A DNA stretch of 64,000 nucleotides from Felis catus (Eukaryota), in assembly GCF_018350175.1 (NCBI RefSeq), contig NC_058368.1:123382001-123446000 (forward strand), in the 5' to 3' direction. Numbering within the stretch: position 1 is the stretch's first letter; the number at the start of each line of letters is the position of its first letter. Made by a program: the position numbers and the translations under genes. Positions 1 to 11,360 of the stretch are shown in pieces. The notes under the pieces are model-generated. The model did no database searches. It saw nothing but the letters and a program-made list of their open reading frames with translations, and was not told the DNA's origin.

Positions 1-552
1 TCCTGGTGAAGTTTTGTGCCCTGCCCCCACCCCCCACCCCAGTGGTGACTGCTCTGCTCCTGGCATCAAAGAGGGGTTCTCCCCAGTCTTCTGTCTTACC
101 TCTTAGGTCTCTCATGGGGAGGTCCACCGAGAAAACCTGCTAGCTAGTGCAAACTCTCCTTCTGTCTATACTTCCAAAGGGCTCTCTATCTGTCAGCTAA
201 CTGCACATAGCCCTTAAGCAACTCATGTTAAAATTTTCCTGAATTCTTCTGATCACCTTCTATGATGTCCAGCACCTCTTCCTATCATGCTTTACTCCAG
301 GTGAGCAAGCCCCAGCTCTCCTTGGAAGTATCTATCAACCCTCAGCTCTCAGCCTTCTCTGCTGACCTGCAGTTTCTGTTGAAAGCAACTAAAAAATTTT
401 GGAAATAGATACGGCACAACATTGTGAATATAATTAATGCCACTGGACTGTGCACTTAAAATGGTTAAAATGCAAACTTTATGTTATATATATTTTATCA
501 CAATTTTAAAAATTAATAGCTATATATCAAAGACCATTGAACTATACATTTT

Positions 553-1010
553 TTATAGAAGTATATTCAGCATACAATGTTATATTAGTTTCAGGTGTGC
601 AACATGATGGTCTGACAAGCCTGTACATTATGTTCACCAGGATAAGTGTAATTACCATCTGTCACCAAACAACATTATTATAATACTACTGACTGTATTC
701 TCCATGCTGTAATTTTCATCCCCATGACTTATGTGTTTTATAATTAGAAGTTTGTACCTCTTAATCCCCTTTGCCTATTTCACCCATCTTCCCAATTCCC
801 TCCCTTCTGGCAGCCATCAGTGTGTTCTCCATATTTATGATTCTTTTTTTGTTTTTTGTATGTTTGTTTGGGATAAAGATGTGGCATATATATATATGTA
901 TATACACATATACATACAGTCGAATATGTATATGTATATACACATATACATACAGTGGAATATTACTCAGCCATAAAAAAAAATGAGAGCTTGCCCTTTG
1001 TGACAACATG
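553..1010 (-). mobile_element. L1 3' fragment with inverted 5' segment, inserted into an older L1 3' end
   Basis: About 553-865 reads as an L1 3' end on -; about 870-1010 reads as L1 on + (tggaatattactcagccataaaaaa); older L1-like sequence continues on both flanks. Confidence 0.6.
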
Positions 1011-1559
1011 AATTGCATACTTTAAGTGGGTATATAAATTAGATACCTCAGTAAAGGGGTTTTTAAAAAGAAAGAAATGAAATGGGGGGGGGGGTGCGGT
1101 CCCAGTGGTAGTAGTAGATAAAATGGAAGTAAGGTGGTTACTGATGTTACTGATCTAGCAAGGTCACATGAGACACAGAGCTGGGGGTTGGGGAACAGGG
1201 GGAGGGATGTCTGTTAGCTTCATTACCTAGAAAACCCATGACGTAGAAACCTGTAGCCCTAGACCACATCTAACTGACAGAATTAACAGCCAGAAAGTTG
1301 TGGTGGGTACCTCCTAAAAGTCTCTTCTCATGACAACGTTCAGAAATCAAAGAAGTTACAGTTATCCCTCTCCCACCTGCCCCACTTTGGGGAAATCCTG
1401 TTCCCACACGTCCGTCTTCGGTGGGAGGCAGGGGATGGGGGCACCCAAACCCCGTACCGCAGAACAGCAACAAAGCAAGCGCCCATTGTACTGCTGCTCT
1501 CCAGCCCAGCCTCTCTGCCCTGGCCCTTTGTGGAAAACTCATTACCACTAAATAAACTA

Positions 1560-1762
1560 ATTTTTTTAAGTTTATTTATTTTGAGAGAGACAGAGAGAGT
1601 GCAAGCTGGGGAGGGGCAGACAGAGAGGAAGACAGAATCCCAAGCAGGCTCCACACTGTCAGCACAGAGCCCGACACGAGGCTTGATCTCACAACTGTGA
1701 GATCACAATCTGAGCAGAAATCAAGAGCTGATGCTTAACTGGCTGAGCCATCCAGGCACCCC
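1560..1762 (-). mobile_element. Can-SINE
   Basis: Reverse tRNA-derived head (caggcacccc), AG-rich body, T tail; flanking repeat cactaaataaactaatttt. Confidence 0.9.
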
Positions 1763-3577
1763 TTATCACTAAATAAACTAATTTTAATCCCCTTTATCTG
1801 TCCCCTCCATTCTATCCCCACAGTGTCAGTTAATTCTGACCTGGACAACAATTTCCTAACTAGTCTCCCTGTCTGTTGACTCCCTCCCTCCTTCCTCCAT
1901 CGCTGGAAACAGTCTCACACCCCAAACATGAATTTGTGACTATCTTCTCCCATTTAGCAACCCCTCCTCAGTGAGCATTCATTCTAGGTAAAAATTGGGT
2001 CTTGCTAGGCAAACAGCATTCCAAGACAACTTCCAAACCCCCACCTTCCACCAAATTGCTGTTTATTAATCTTGTTATATACAAACATTCTGGAACTGCC
2101 ACTACCCACAGTGGTGCCAGAGTGTCCTCACTTGAATGAGGACAGAATCCTGAGCCTCTCCTGATTAAAACCCTTCGCTGACTTTCCATTGTCACTGGCC
2201 TAGTCCACATACTTATTTACCGTGGTCTAAGATTGCTCCATAAAGTTCCCAACTCTCTGCCCTCATCTTCCACTACTTCCCACACTCAGGTTCCTGAAAC
2301 ACTGAGCTACTTTGTTACCTGAGAAATCAAGGTCATGAGGGGCAGCATTTATCACACAACTAGCACAGTGCCCAGAATTTAGGAAACAATTAAATATGTA
2401 TTCAATGTATTTATTAAAATCATATTCTGTATCAATCCCATATGTCAGGAAAATTAGCCCACATCACCTCAAATACCCAGGAAGTGCCATATTTATCCTA
2501 CCATGCTAACCAAGGCAAAATCCACTTTGCATGCCTACTCCAATTCCTGGAACACAGTTCCCTCATTAAATACCAGGTGGATGGATGGATAATGGACAGA
2601 TGAATGGATGGCTAAATGGTTGGTTACATGGAAGGAACTGAAGGACTATGAGAGAAAGTATGTGATGTGAGGAGCGGTCCCCATTGGGACGGCAAAGTTC
2701 CTGAGTGCAGAGAACATGTCTTCCTTCATCTTTGCATTTTTGGAGCTCAGAACACAGTCTAACAGAAAGTTTTCAACAGATACATGAGGGGTTAATCAAT
2801 GTGTGCTTACATGAATTATATAAACAGTATTTTCATTGTAAACCTTGTCTTAACATTTACATACACCATTGAGATAAATATGTGAAAACCCAATCCTATT
2901 TTGTGATGGTCCAGTTTACAAGGCCACTCACTCCCCACTCCTGGTACCACTCCCAGCTGTCTTGGCCAGAGCTTCCAGGGAGGAGAGATGATGTGCTACC
3001 ACTTTCTTAGAGATCAGAATACTTGATGAGGGGGTGGGGGGTGTGTGTGGAGGGAGAAAAGGAGTGTTGAGGAGAAGTACCAGTCCAAGGGTGCAGAGCT
3101 GGGCAGAAAACATCTTGGCAACAAGAACAACTGATTGCTCAGTCTTTCAAGAGCTGTAAGAATTACTGCTTCAAAGAATACCCTATGGGAGGAAGGAGGA
3201 GAAGAGAATTCATCTGCTAGATTCCTTCTCCTGCTATTCAATGGATTTCCCAAAAAGGCTTAAACTCCCTGTATTTCTGGGTCATGCTGCATCCTGGTCT
3301 CAGCAGCAGAGTCGGAGCCCAGGCATAAGAAACAAAAGCAGGCATGAGGCAAGGTGCTGTCAGGTGGTGCCCAGTGAAGACAGTCCCAGACCATACAGAA
3401 TGGGTCTCCACAGGGTAGCTGAAGAACAAGTGGCTGACATCCACAAACTGACACAAGGCAAGAGGATCTGTGGTGACACCACAGAGTTGTTTGATACAGC
3501 AACAATTTATGATCACTTTGCATGTTATTTAATAGTTGCATAGAACAGTTGTAGGGATGAATTATAACTTACAAACT

Positions 3578-4082
3578 ATGGCATGCAGAATAACGCTCCC
3601 CACCCACCTAAAGTTGCCCACATCCCAATCCCTGGAGCCTGTGAACATGTATACAATGCAAAGGGGGATTGAGGTTGCAAGTGGGATCAAGGTTGCTAAT
3701 CAGCTCAACCCTAAGATAAAGAGACGACCTGGGTGGGCCCAATGTAATCACAGGCATCTTTCAAAGTGGAGGCAACTGGTCCAGAAGAGTCCATGTCGAA
3801 GTGATGCACTGTGAGAAAAGACTCCCCCAGGCATTGCTGGCTTTGAAGCGGGAAGGGGGCTGCAACCCAAGATCCACAGGTGTCCTCTAGAAGCTAGAAA
3901 AGGTGAGGAAATGGATGCTCATCTAGAGGTTCCAGAAAGGAATGCAACCTTGTTGCACCTGGATTTTAGCCCAGCGGGACCCACATCAAACTTGTGACCT
4001 ACACAACTGTAAAATAATACACTATTGTTTTTTTAGCCCCTAAGTTTGTGGTAATTTGTTACAGTAGCAATGAGGAACTAAG
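3578..4082 (+). mobile_element. MaLR LTR (MLT1-like)
   Basis: MLT1-type text: cagaataacg...ccctggagcctgtgaa...ctagaagctagaaaagg...taagtttgtggtaatttgttacagtagcaatgaggaactaa. Confidence 0.75.
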
Positions 4083-5150
4083 GGACTTAATTCCTTATTT
4101 GGGGGCATTTAGATTACTTTCAACTTCTCTTTGTCACAGAATGATAAGGCAATGGAACTCCTTATGGCTAAATTTTTACACACCTCCACAATTTTTTTAA
4201 TTCCGAGAAATGATCTGTTGAGTCAAAGATCATGCATAATTTAATAACCCTTACATGTATTGCCTTCCAGAAAGATAGTAACAGTTTGAAATAACTGTCA
4301 ACACATCAGAATTTCCAACAGAGTACTCTTTTCGTTTTTTTTAATTTTTAGCAGTTTAACAGGCAAATATGGTACCCAAATGTTTTAAATTGCATTTTTA
4401 TTATCGATAATTTGTGCTGTGTGCCAATGCATTCCTCCATAGAGTAGGAATATAGCAGCCTTTTTTACATCTTCTCTGGAAATTACTAGTTCAAATTCTC
4501 TGATCATCTCTCTTTTCAGGTGTTCATCTTTCTTCTCGCTTTGTGAAAATACCCATCTATGTTACATCTATGGAAAATGTGTGCAATCTGACTTTATGTT
4601 TTATGTTTTAAGGGGCAGAAGCTTTAACTTTTTACGATTAAGTCCATCAATCATTTTGATTTCTAAATTCCTTGATGTCATATTTCAAAGTCTCTCATTT
4701 CTACACGTATATGAATATTTATCTGTATCTTCATTTAGTGCTTTTATGGTTGAATCATGTGAGTTAAGACTCTAGCTTCAGTTTTTCCTTGGAGGTCACC
4801 CAGCAGCCTCAACAATGAATGTATCTAATATCTATCCTTAGGTTTAAAGATGATATTTCAAGGCAATTTCTGACATAGATTTGAATTCTCAGCTTTCTAA
4901 AATAAACTCGTATTTGAAAGTGAAAGAAGTGGTCAAAAGGAGAGCAATTTTCTATCACATGCTCTTAATCTATCAGTCTCCACAGCTTACCCTTTAGGGT
5001 AGAAGAGGGCTAAGCCCAAAGGAAATGACTTTGTCTGTGAGACAAATAAGTAACCACACCATCGCTAAAATAAGATTATGTTTCCAAGTAACATAACACT
5101 AAAATCTTTAACAGCTTAGCAGAGAAATAAAAAAAAAAAGAAAAGAAAAA

Positions 5151-5181
5151 AACCCACATCCTTGTGTTTCATTATATATTG
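5151..5181 (+). promoter_or_regulatory. Promoter remnant of the granzyme pseudogene (ETS-RUNX-like site plus TATA-like element)
   Basis: cccacatcct (reverse AGGATGTGGG) then attatatatt, about 80 nt before the dead start codon; same order as in the GZMA promoter. Confidence 0.5.
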
Positions 5182-5233
5182 CTAATGTCCATACCTGAAA
5201 CAAAGTGGTCTCCCTATGTGGGAAACAGAGGCC

Positions 5234-5297
5234 ACGAACATTCTTTTCCTTTCGCTTTCCCTATCTCCATGTGTCTCCTCATTCTCCTTACTTGGAA
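5234..5297 (+). pseudogene. Granzyme O-like pseudogene, exon 1 (signal peptide)
   Basis: gccACG aac att ctt ttc then, frameshifted, FPISMCLLILL; ends cttggaa|gtaagac, compare GZMA exon 1 end cctggag|gtaagac; resembles cattle MNIPFPFSFPPAICLLLIPG (recalled). Confidence 0.75.
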
Positions 5298-5854
5298 GTA
5301 AGACACATTTTCACATGCTTTTTAGTTTTACTCATGAGAAAATCGAATTCTATGTTGCTTTAGTTTATGTTTAACATTGTGTAAAAGGGAAAAAGAAATC
5401 AAAACTTCATTTCCAATAGTTTTTAATGTTACTAGTTATCTTTGCTAGCTCAAAGGCATATTGACTTTTTAAGATGAAAATGTACCTTTTACGTCTACAG
5501 TAAAATAAGAAAGCATTGACTGTATCTGGTGACAATCTTAAATTCAGGCCAGATCTATAAGGCAAAACCTTTAAGTGAATGATCAACAAAGCCACTAAGT
5601 TGGGGGTATATAGATGACTCATTCAGTCATACAAATACACTGATTACTCATAGCTCTCAGATAGATAGATCTCAAGACTTTTGGTTTCAGAAGGAGTTCG
5701 CGAGTCTCTTTTTTCCAGTGGTGGGGGTAGTGAAGAAAGAAATATCATTATAAAATAATCCAGTCCAAATATACATATATTTGCTAACATTTAATAATAA
5801 AACTTACAATAAAACATGGCAGCATTCTAAATGATTTACTTATATTAACATTTA

Positions 5855-5911
5855 ATTTTTTAAGTTTTTTATTTATTTATTTTGAGAGAGCACATGCACA
5901 CAAGTGGGGGA

Positions 5912-5954
<43 letters not shown>

Positions 5955-6059
5955 CCCAAGCAGGGTCCATGCTGTCAGAGCAGAGCCCAATCCCATTAAC
6001 CATGAGATCATGACCTGAGCTAAAATCAAGAGTGGGACACTTAGCCAATCAGGCACCCC
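5855..6059 (-). mobile_element. Can-SINE with expanded (GA)n
   Basis: Reverse SINE head, (GA)n at about 5916-5952. Confidence 0.85.
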
Positions 6060-6474
6060 AACATTTAATTTTTTTATGTATCAATGTTATCAGCTCCATT
6101 CTTATATATAAGAAAACTAAGGCACAGAGAGCTTAATTAAATATACTGAAGTCATCTACGCTAGGGCTGGGATTTGAGCCCAGAGTTCATGTTCTTAACC
6201 ACACACTGTGATATCTTACAGTTCAATGGTATCTTCAGAGCTGGGATTCACAATGTGGGATCCATGAGCTCCTTCAAGGTCATGGATAGACATGAAAAAG
6301 TCTGTGAATCTCCCCCCAAAAATATGCAAGTATTTGTGTGCATATGTGTGTCTATACTTTATCAGATTCTCGAATGTCTATGTATTTCAAAAATAAAAAA
6401 TAAAAATGTTAAAGAGTCACTGCTTTAGGAAAACAGTAATTCACAATGAAAATATTACCATTTTTTAAAATTTT

Positions 6475-6975
6475 CTTTTTAACATTTATTTATTATTGAG
6501 AGACAGAGAGACAGAGCATGAGCATGGGAGGGGCCAAGAGACAGAGAGACACAGAATGCAAAGCAGGCTCCAGGCTCCGAGCTGTCAGCACAGAGCCCGA
6601 TGTGGAGCTCCAACTTACAAACTGCAAGACCATGACCTGAGCTGAAGTGGGACTCCCAAGTCACCCAGGCACCCCAAAGATTATGGTTTTTACATGATGT
6701 AGAATTGGGCTAGGACACTGCATTGCCAGAGCGCCCAGGTGGCTCAGTTGGTTGAACATCTGACTCTTGATTTCAGCTCAAGTCATGATCTCAAAGTTCT
6801 TGGGATTGAGCCCCGAGCTCGGCACATCACTGAAGATCAGAACCTGCTTAGGATTCTCTCCCTCTCTCTTTGCCCCTCCCCCCAACTTTCTCCTCTCAAA
6901 ATGAATAAACATTAAAAAAAGATTCTCTCTCTCCTTCTGCCTCTCTCCTGCACTTGCACACACTCTCTCTAAAAT
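6475..6975. mobile_element. Two Can-SINEs head to head (- about 6475-6675, + about 6730-6975)
   Basis: SINE heads cacccaggcacccc and gcgcccaggtggctcagttggtt. Confidence 0.85.
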
Positions 6976-6976
6976 G

Positions 6977-6977
6977 A

Positions 6978-7025
<48 letters not shown>

Positions 7026-7040
7026 GAAAGAAAGAAAGAA
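6977..7040 (+). repeat. (GAAA)n microsatellite derived from a SINE tail
   Basis: Direct reading. Confidence 0.95.
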
Positions 7041-7633
7041 CACTGCATTGCCATTTATTAGTTATATGAACCTGGGCACATTAATTGTCGTATCTAAACT
7101 TCATGTTCCTTATCTCTACATGGGGAATCATAACACCCATCTTACATTATAGTCAACATTAGAACCAATGTCTGGAACTAACCAGTGCCTAAAAAATCAT
7201 AGATAAGTTTTTTTACTAGTAGTAGTATGGTTGTTGATTTGTTTTCTTTAATATAACTTACTAAACTACCAGTCCAAATTATAATCTTGCCATGGAATGT
7301 TGTGAGATTTTTGATGTGAATAACACAATGTCCAACCTGAGACTGAGACAATGCAGCCTGTAGAAGGAAATGAACAGAATAGGAACGGCAGAAATAGGAG
7401 AATGGGATTTCTCCCCACTCTGCTCTGTGTGACGTAGGGTTAAGTCTTTAATCTTTTTGTTTTTTGAGCTTTAAGAAAAGAAACTCTATTGCCTGATGCT
7501 TCCTACTTCCCAGGGATAGGAAAGACAGAGAAAGGTGCTTTGAATTCTTGGCGAAGAGAAGCATCGCTTAAATTCAAGACACTGTTATCCGAAGATACCA
7601 TGGGAAATTGTAGAAGCTACAAAAACCTGAACC

Positions 7634-7860
7634 TGGGGCGCCTGGGTAGATCAGTCGGTTACCCATCTGACTTCAGCTTGGGACATGACCTCACAGCTTG
7701 TGAGTTCGAGCCCTGCAATGGGCTCTGTGCTGACACCTCAGAGCCTGGATCCTGCTTCAGATTCTGTATCTCCCTCTGTCTCTGCCCTTCTCTGCTCACA
7801 CTGTCTCTCTCTCTCTCTCTCTGTCTCAAAAATAAAACAAATGTTAAAAAAAAATAAAAA
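7634..7860 (+). mobile_element. Can-SINE
   Basis: ggggcgcctggg head, (CT)n, A tail; flanking repeat aacctgaa. Confidence 0.9.
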
Positions 7861-9299
7861 AATAATTGAACCTGAATAATTAAAAGAATAATAGCAAGTC
7901 AGGTTGGGGCTTTAAAAATATCACATGGCTAACAGTTTTCATTTTAAAGACTGGCTTGTAGATAAGTGTCAAGCCTAGATTCTAAAGGCATTTAAATGTG
8001 ATAAATCATTAAGCTCTGTTTACCAGTTCTCTGTAAGCAACCTGTGTCAGTCTCATGATTCCAGAATGTCTGCCTTTTACTTACCTCTACCTGAACTGGA
8101 AGTCTTCTCCAGCCTCGCCTGCTGAGATTTTGTACTGTTTTCAATCTCCCTCAGAAATAAATAAGCAATTAAATCTTCATTCTTCCTGAAGACCTTCCGG
8201 GCTCTCTACCAATAGTATTTCCTGTGTGTCTGAATTCTTTGCATTCCTCGTTTATACTCCCAAGGCACTCAGCACACTGTCTAGCATCGTGATCATTTGT
8301 GTATTTGTCCACAGCTTTGTCTTCTGTATCTTTCTACTACTTAGCTCTTTGAAGGTAAGGGCTATGTTTTATTCACCTTTGCAGAAGTCATCCAAAAATA
8401 GTCGTGGAATAATGGCACAGACAAAAAGAAAAAAATAAAATAATATGTAAATGGCTCAGGAAAAAGGTCTTGCTGTGATTTCAGCCTCTGGAATTAGAAG
8501 TACAAGCAAAAGTGAACTTAACGAGTTTGCTATTTGCCTTTCCCCTGGGGACATTAGTCAACATGTGTTGTTGGGGTACAACATATAATTTATAGCCCCA
8601 CCCCTATCTTAGCTCATCTGCCTTGCCTTGTTTTCTGTATGTATAATAACAAGGGGGAAAAGAGAAAGATAAATAAAAGCCACTAAAAACCTGTAACTTT
8701 ATTATGTTTAAGGTATACCATCGTGTTCAGTGCAGAACCAGACCGGTTTGGTGAGCTAAGCTAACGTGAGGCTCACGAAACTAAGGCAGTGAGTTTTATT
8801 TCTTTATAAATCACTCAGGCTTACATGGGGGGAAATGTGAATTCTCCAGCCATATTTAGAACCTCTCCATGCCCAGGAATTACCTAGAAGGAGCTAGGTG
8901 GAGGGAGGAAGAAGGAGGGAGACTAAGTCTCCCCTTAGTCTCTGTGTCCAGCCAGAATACCCAGGATGTAACCAATCGCCCCAAAGGTCACTTTTTCTTT
9001 TTCAGGGGTTAAGATGAAACCGTGCCTGTATTTGCACAGGTACCTTTGTAACTAATAAGGCATTTTTTCAATTGTAACAATCTTAGCAGGCTCTCAACAT
9101 TCTAGCTGCCAAATCAGAGGGTGGAGAATTGTCCCTCGTGCAAAAGAAGGAGCAGAAGGTTTGTTTGGGGCCCAGAGCCAGGCGTGGGTGTCCTACCAAG
9201 AGCACTGCAGCCTTGGGCCATCCCACTCCAGCCCTTTAGCCTCTGACCACTCTGTCCTCCAGCTATCTATTCACACCTATGATCAAATGGCCGCTGGTT

Positions 9300-9516
9300 G
9301 GGGCGCCTGGGTGGCGCAGTCGGTTAAGCGTCCAACTTCAGCCAGGTCACGATCTCGTGGTCTGTGAGTTCGAGCCCCGCGTCAGGCTCTGGGCTGATGG
9401 CTCGGAGCCTGGAGTCTGTTTCCGATTCTGTGTCTCCCTCTCTCTCTGCCCCTCCCCCGTTCATGCTCTGTCTCTCTCTGTCCCAAAAATAAATAAACGT
9501 TGAAAAAATAAAAAAA
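9300..9516 (+). mobile_element. Young feline SINE (SINEC_Fc-like)
   Basis: CpG-rich head; perfect TSD aaatggccgctggt at 9285-9298 and 9517-9530. Confidence 0.95.
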
Positions 9517-9624
9517 AAATGGCCGCTGGTAAAATGCCCTCTGCGAGAAATGCCTGCATGAAGAGCTAAAGTAGGATAACTCACTACTTTTTAACACTTG
9601 GTCACAGCCTTATAAATTCAGAAC

Positions 9625-9790
9625 TTCTCTGGGGACCACCTGCCTCAGAATCACCTGAGGTGTTTACTTAAAATGAAGGTTCCCAGGATCCCCTCTAGGA
9701 CTCTGAACCAGGGTCCCTGCAGTGGGCCTAGACAACCTGCATTTTAAGTAGGCGCTCTGAGGAGCTATTATGACACTATAGAGAACCATT
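9625..9790. mobile_element. MER5A-like hAT-Charlie DNA transposon remnant
   Basis: cagaatcacctgagg...ctgcattttaa...gagaacca. Confidence 0.6.
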
Positions 9791-9816
9791 ACTTTTTAAA
9801 AAAAGAAGCATTTCTA

Positions 9817-10020
9817 GGGGTTCCTGGGTGGCTCAGTGGGTTAAGTGTCCGACTTCAGCTCAGGTCATGATCTCGAAGTTGGTGAGTTCCAGTCCCGTGT
9901 CAGCTCTGTGCTGACAGCTCAGACCCTGTAGCCTGCTTCGGATTCTGTGTCTCCTTCTCTCTCTGCCCCTCCCCCATTCGCGCTCTGTCTTTCAAAAATG
10001 AATAAATGTCAAAAAAAATT
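9817..10020 (+). mobile_element. Can-SINE
   Basis: Head, (CT)n, A tail; flanking repeat aagcatttc. Confidence 0.9.
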
Positions 10021-10408
10021 TTTTAATTACAAAAGCATTTCCATATATGTCTCCTGTTTGCCCTAACAATTTCAAAACAGAGAGAGAAATCGATTTAGAC
10101 TTGTGGCAGAAAAACTAATTTAAAAACCTAAACACAATAGGAATGTTTGCTTTTGATAAAATTCACCTGAATACAGAGTACTACATTATCATGAGAAAAC
10201 ACCATCAAGGGTGTGAGCCCCACAGGAGATGTTAATTACAGACGAGAAAGCTGCAGGAAGAGGCAGCAAGCCTCTACACTGCGTTTGACCCTCTCTTCCT
10301 GACGCGGAGCACACGTCTGTGTTCAAGGTAAACCAGTAGTCATAGCCAAATTTCCCGAAGCAAAGTGTGGCGGGGGGAAGATAGGATTTCCCTCTGGATC
10401 ACTTTCAG

Positions 10409-10546
10409 TTTTTCCAGAATCCTGGGAGAGATTATAGGAGGACATGAAATGCCCCCTTACACCTTACAAAAGACACTACACGACTTGAATCAAAGGGCTG
10501 GAAATCTGGGTAGGAGCTTTAATCAAAGAACTGCTCAGGGTGACCT
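10409..10546 (+). pseudogene. Granzyme O-like pseudogene, exon 2 (mature N-terminus and His region)
   Basis: After ttcag acceptor: FPESWE/IIGGHEMPPY/RHYTT*IKGLEIWVGALIKE/AQGDL; IIGG at 10431-10442; 7-nt duplication ccttaca; TGA 10486-10488; catalytic His to Gln; donor decayed to cttagt. Confidence 0.88.
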
Positions 10547-11233
10547 CTTAGTATTCTGAGCACCTCTTTCTCAAGGCACTTTGGGGAGGGGGGGAGGGGG
10601 GGGAGGGTTGTGAAAATGACTTTGACGTCCAAAATGAAAAAGGGCTGGAGAAAAAAGTGGGCCAGAACATTCAGTGTCATGTTGTTATAATATTTACAGT
10701 ATTTACCGTATCTGTATCTTTTAATATCTATATCGTATCTTTTAATGTTTATATCTATATGATACTTATCTCTATAAGCAAAGTCCAGATCCTATCCAAT
10801 AAGTGAAATGCATGACCATTTTCGTTTATTATTTTAAAATATTTTTTCACTCTAAATAGCAACCTTAAAATTTTGAAAAACAGGAAAGGTAACAATAGCA
10901 TTCTAATATTATCAACCCCACACAATCACTGTTAATATTCGGCTATATTTTGTTGCAGACTGTTTCATAAGCATGTTTAACATAGGCAAGCAAATTATGT
11001 GTCCTCTATGATTACAAGTGACTTGCTACTATAAAATTAGTGTTACCCCACATTTCTTTGCATTGGGTTGAACCATAGGAAATGACTGGTATTTGACTGT
11101 TAGACATTACAAAATAGCGGGTGCGGGAGGAGGAAGCCCTTGAAAGAACTGGTCAAATCTGAATAAACTAGGTTCATGGCTTACTTTCATCCATTCTCTC
11201 ATATAAATACTATGTTGTCCTTGTTTTTTCCAA

Positions 11234-11360
11234 GAAGGGCAAACATTGAGGGCATTTTCTTGGGGCCCACCCTATATCCCAAATATTTTCCATTAAAAGG
11301 GCAATTTCCTATCCATGCTGTGATCCACAGTCATTTGAAGGGGTTCTTCAGCACCTTCAG
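11234..11360 (+). pseudogene. Granzyme O-like pseudogene, exon 3 (Asp region)
   Basis: KGKH*GHFLGAHPISQIFSIKRAISYPCCDPQSFEGVLQHLQ|gt; TGA 11247-11249; catalytic Asp to Val at 11343-11345; acceptor CAA in place of CAG. Confidence 0.9.

Noticed and set aside
7489..7879. ORFs containing LCADSSEPGACFRFCVSLSLCPS-type text, here and at many other sites
   Set aside because: Translations of Can-SINE bodies, not genes
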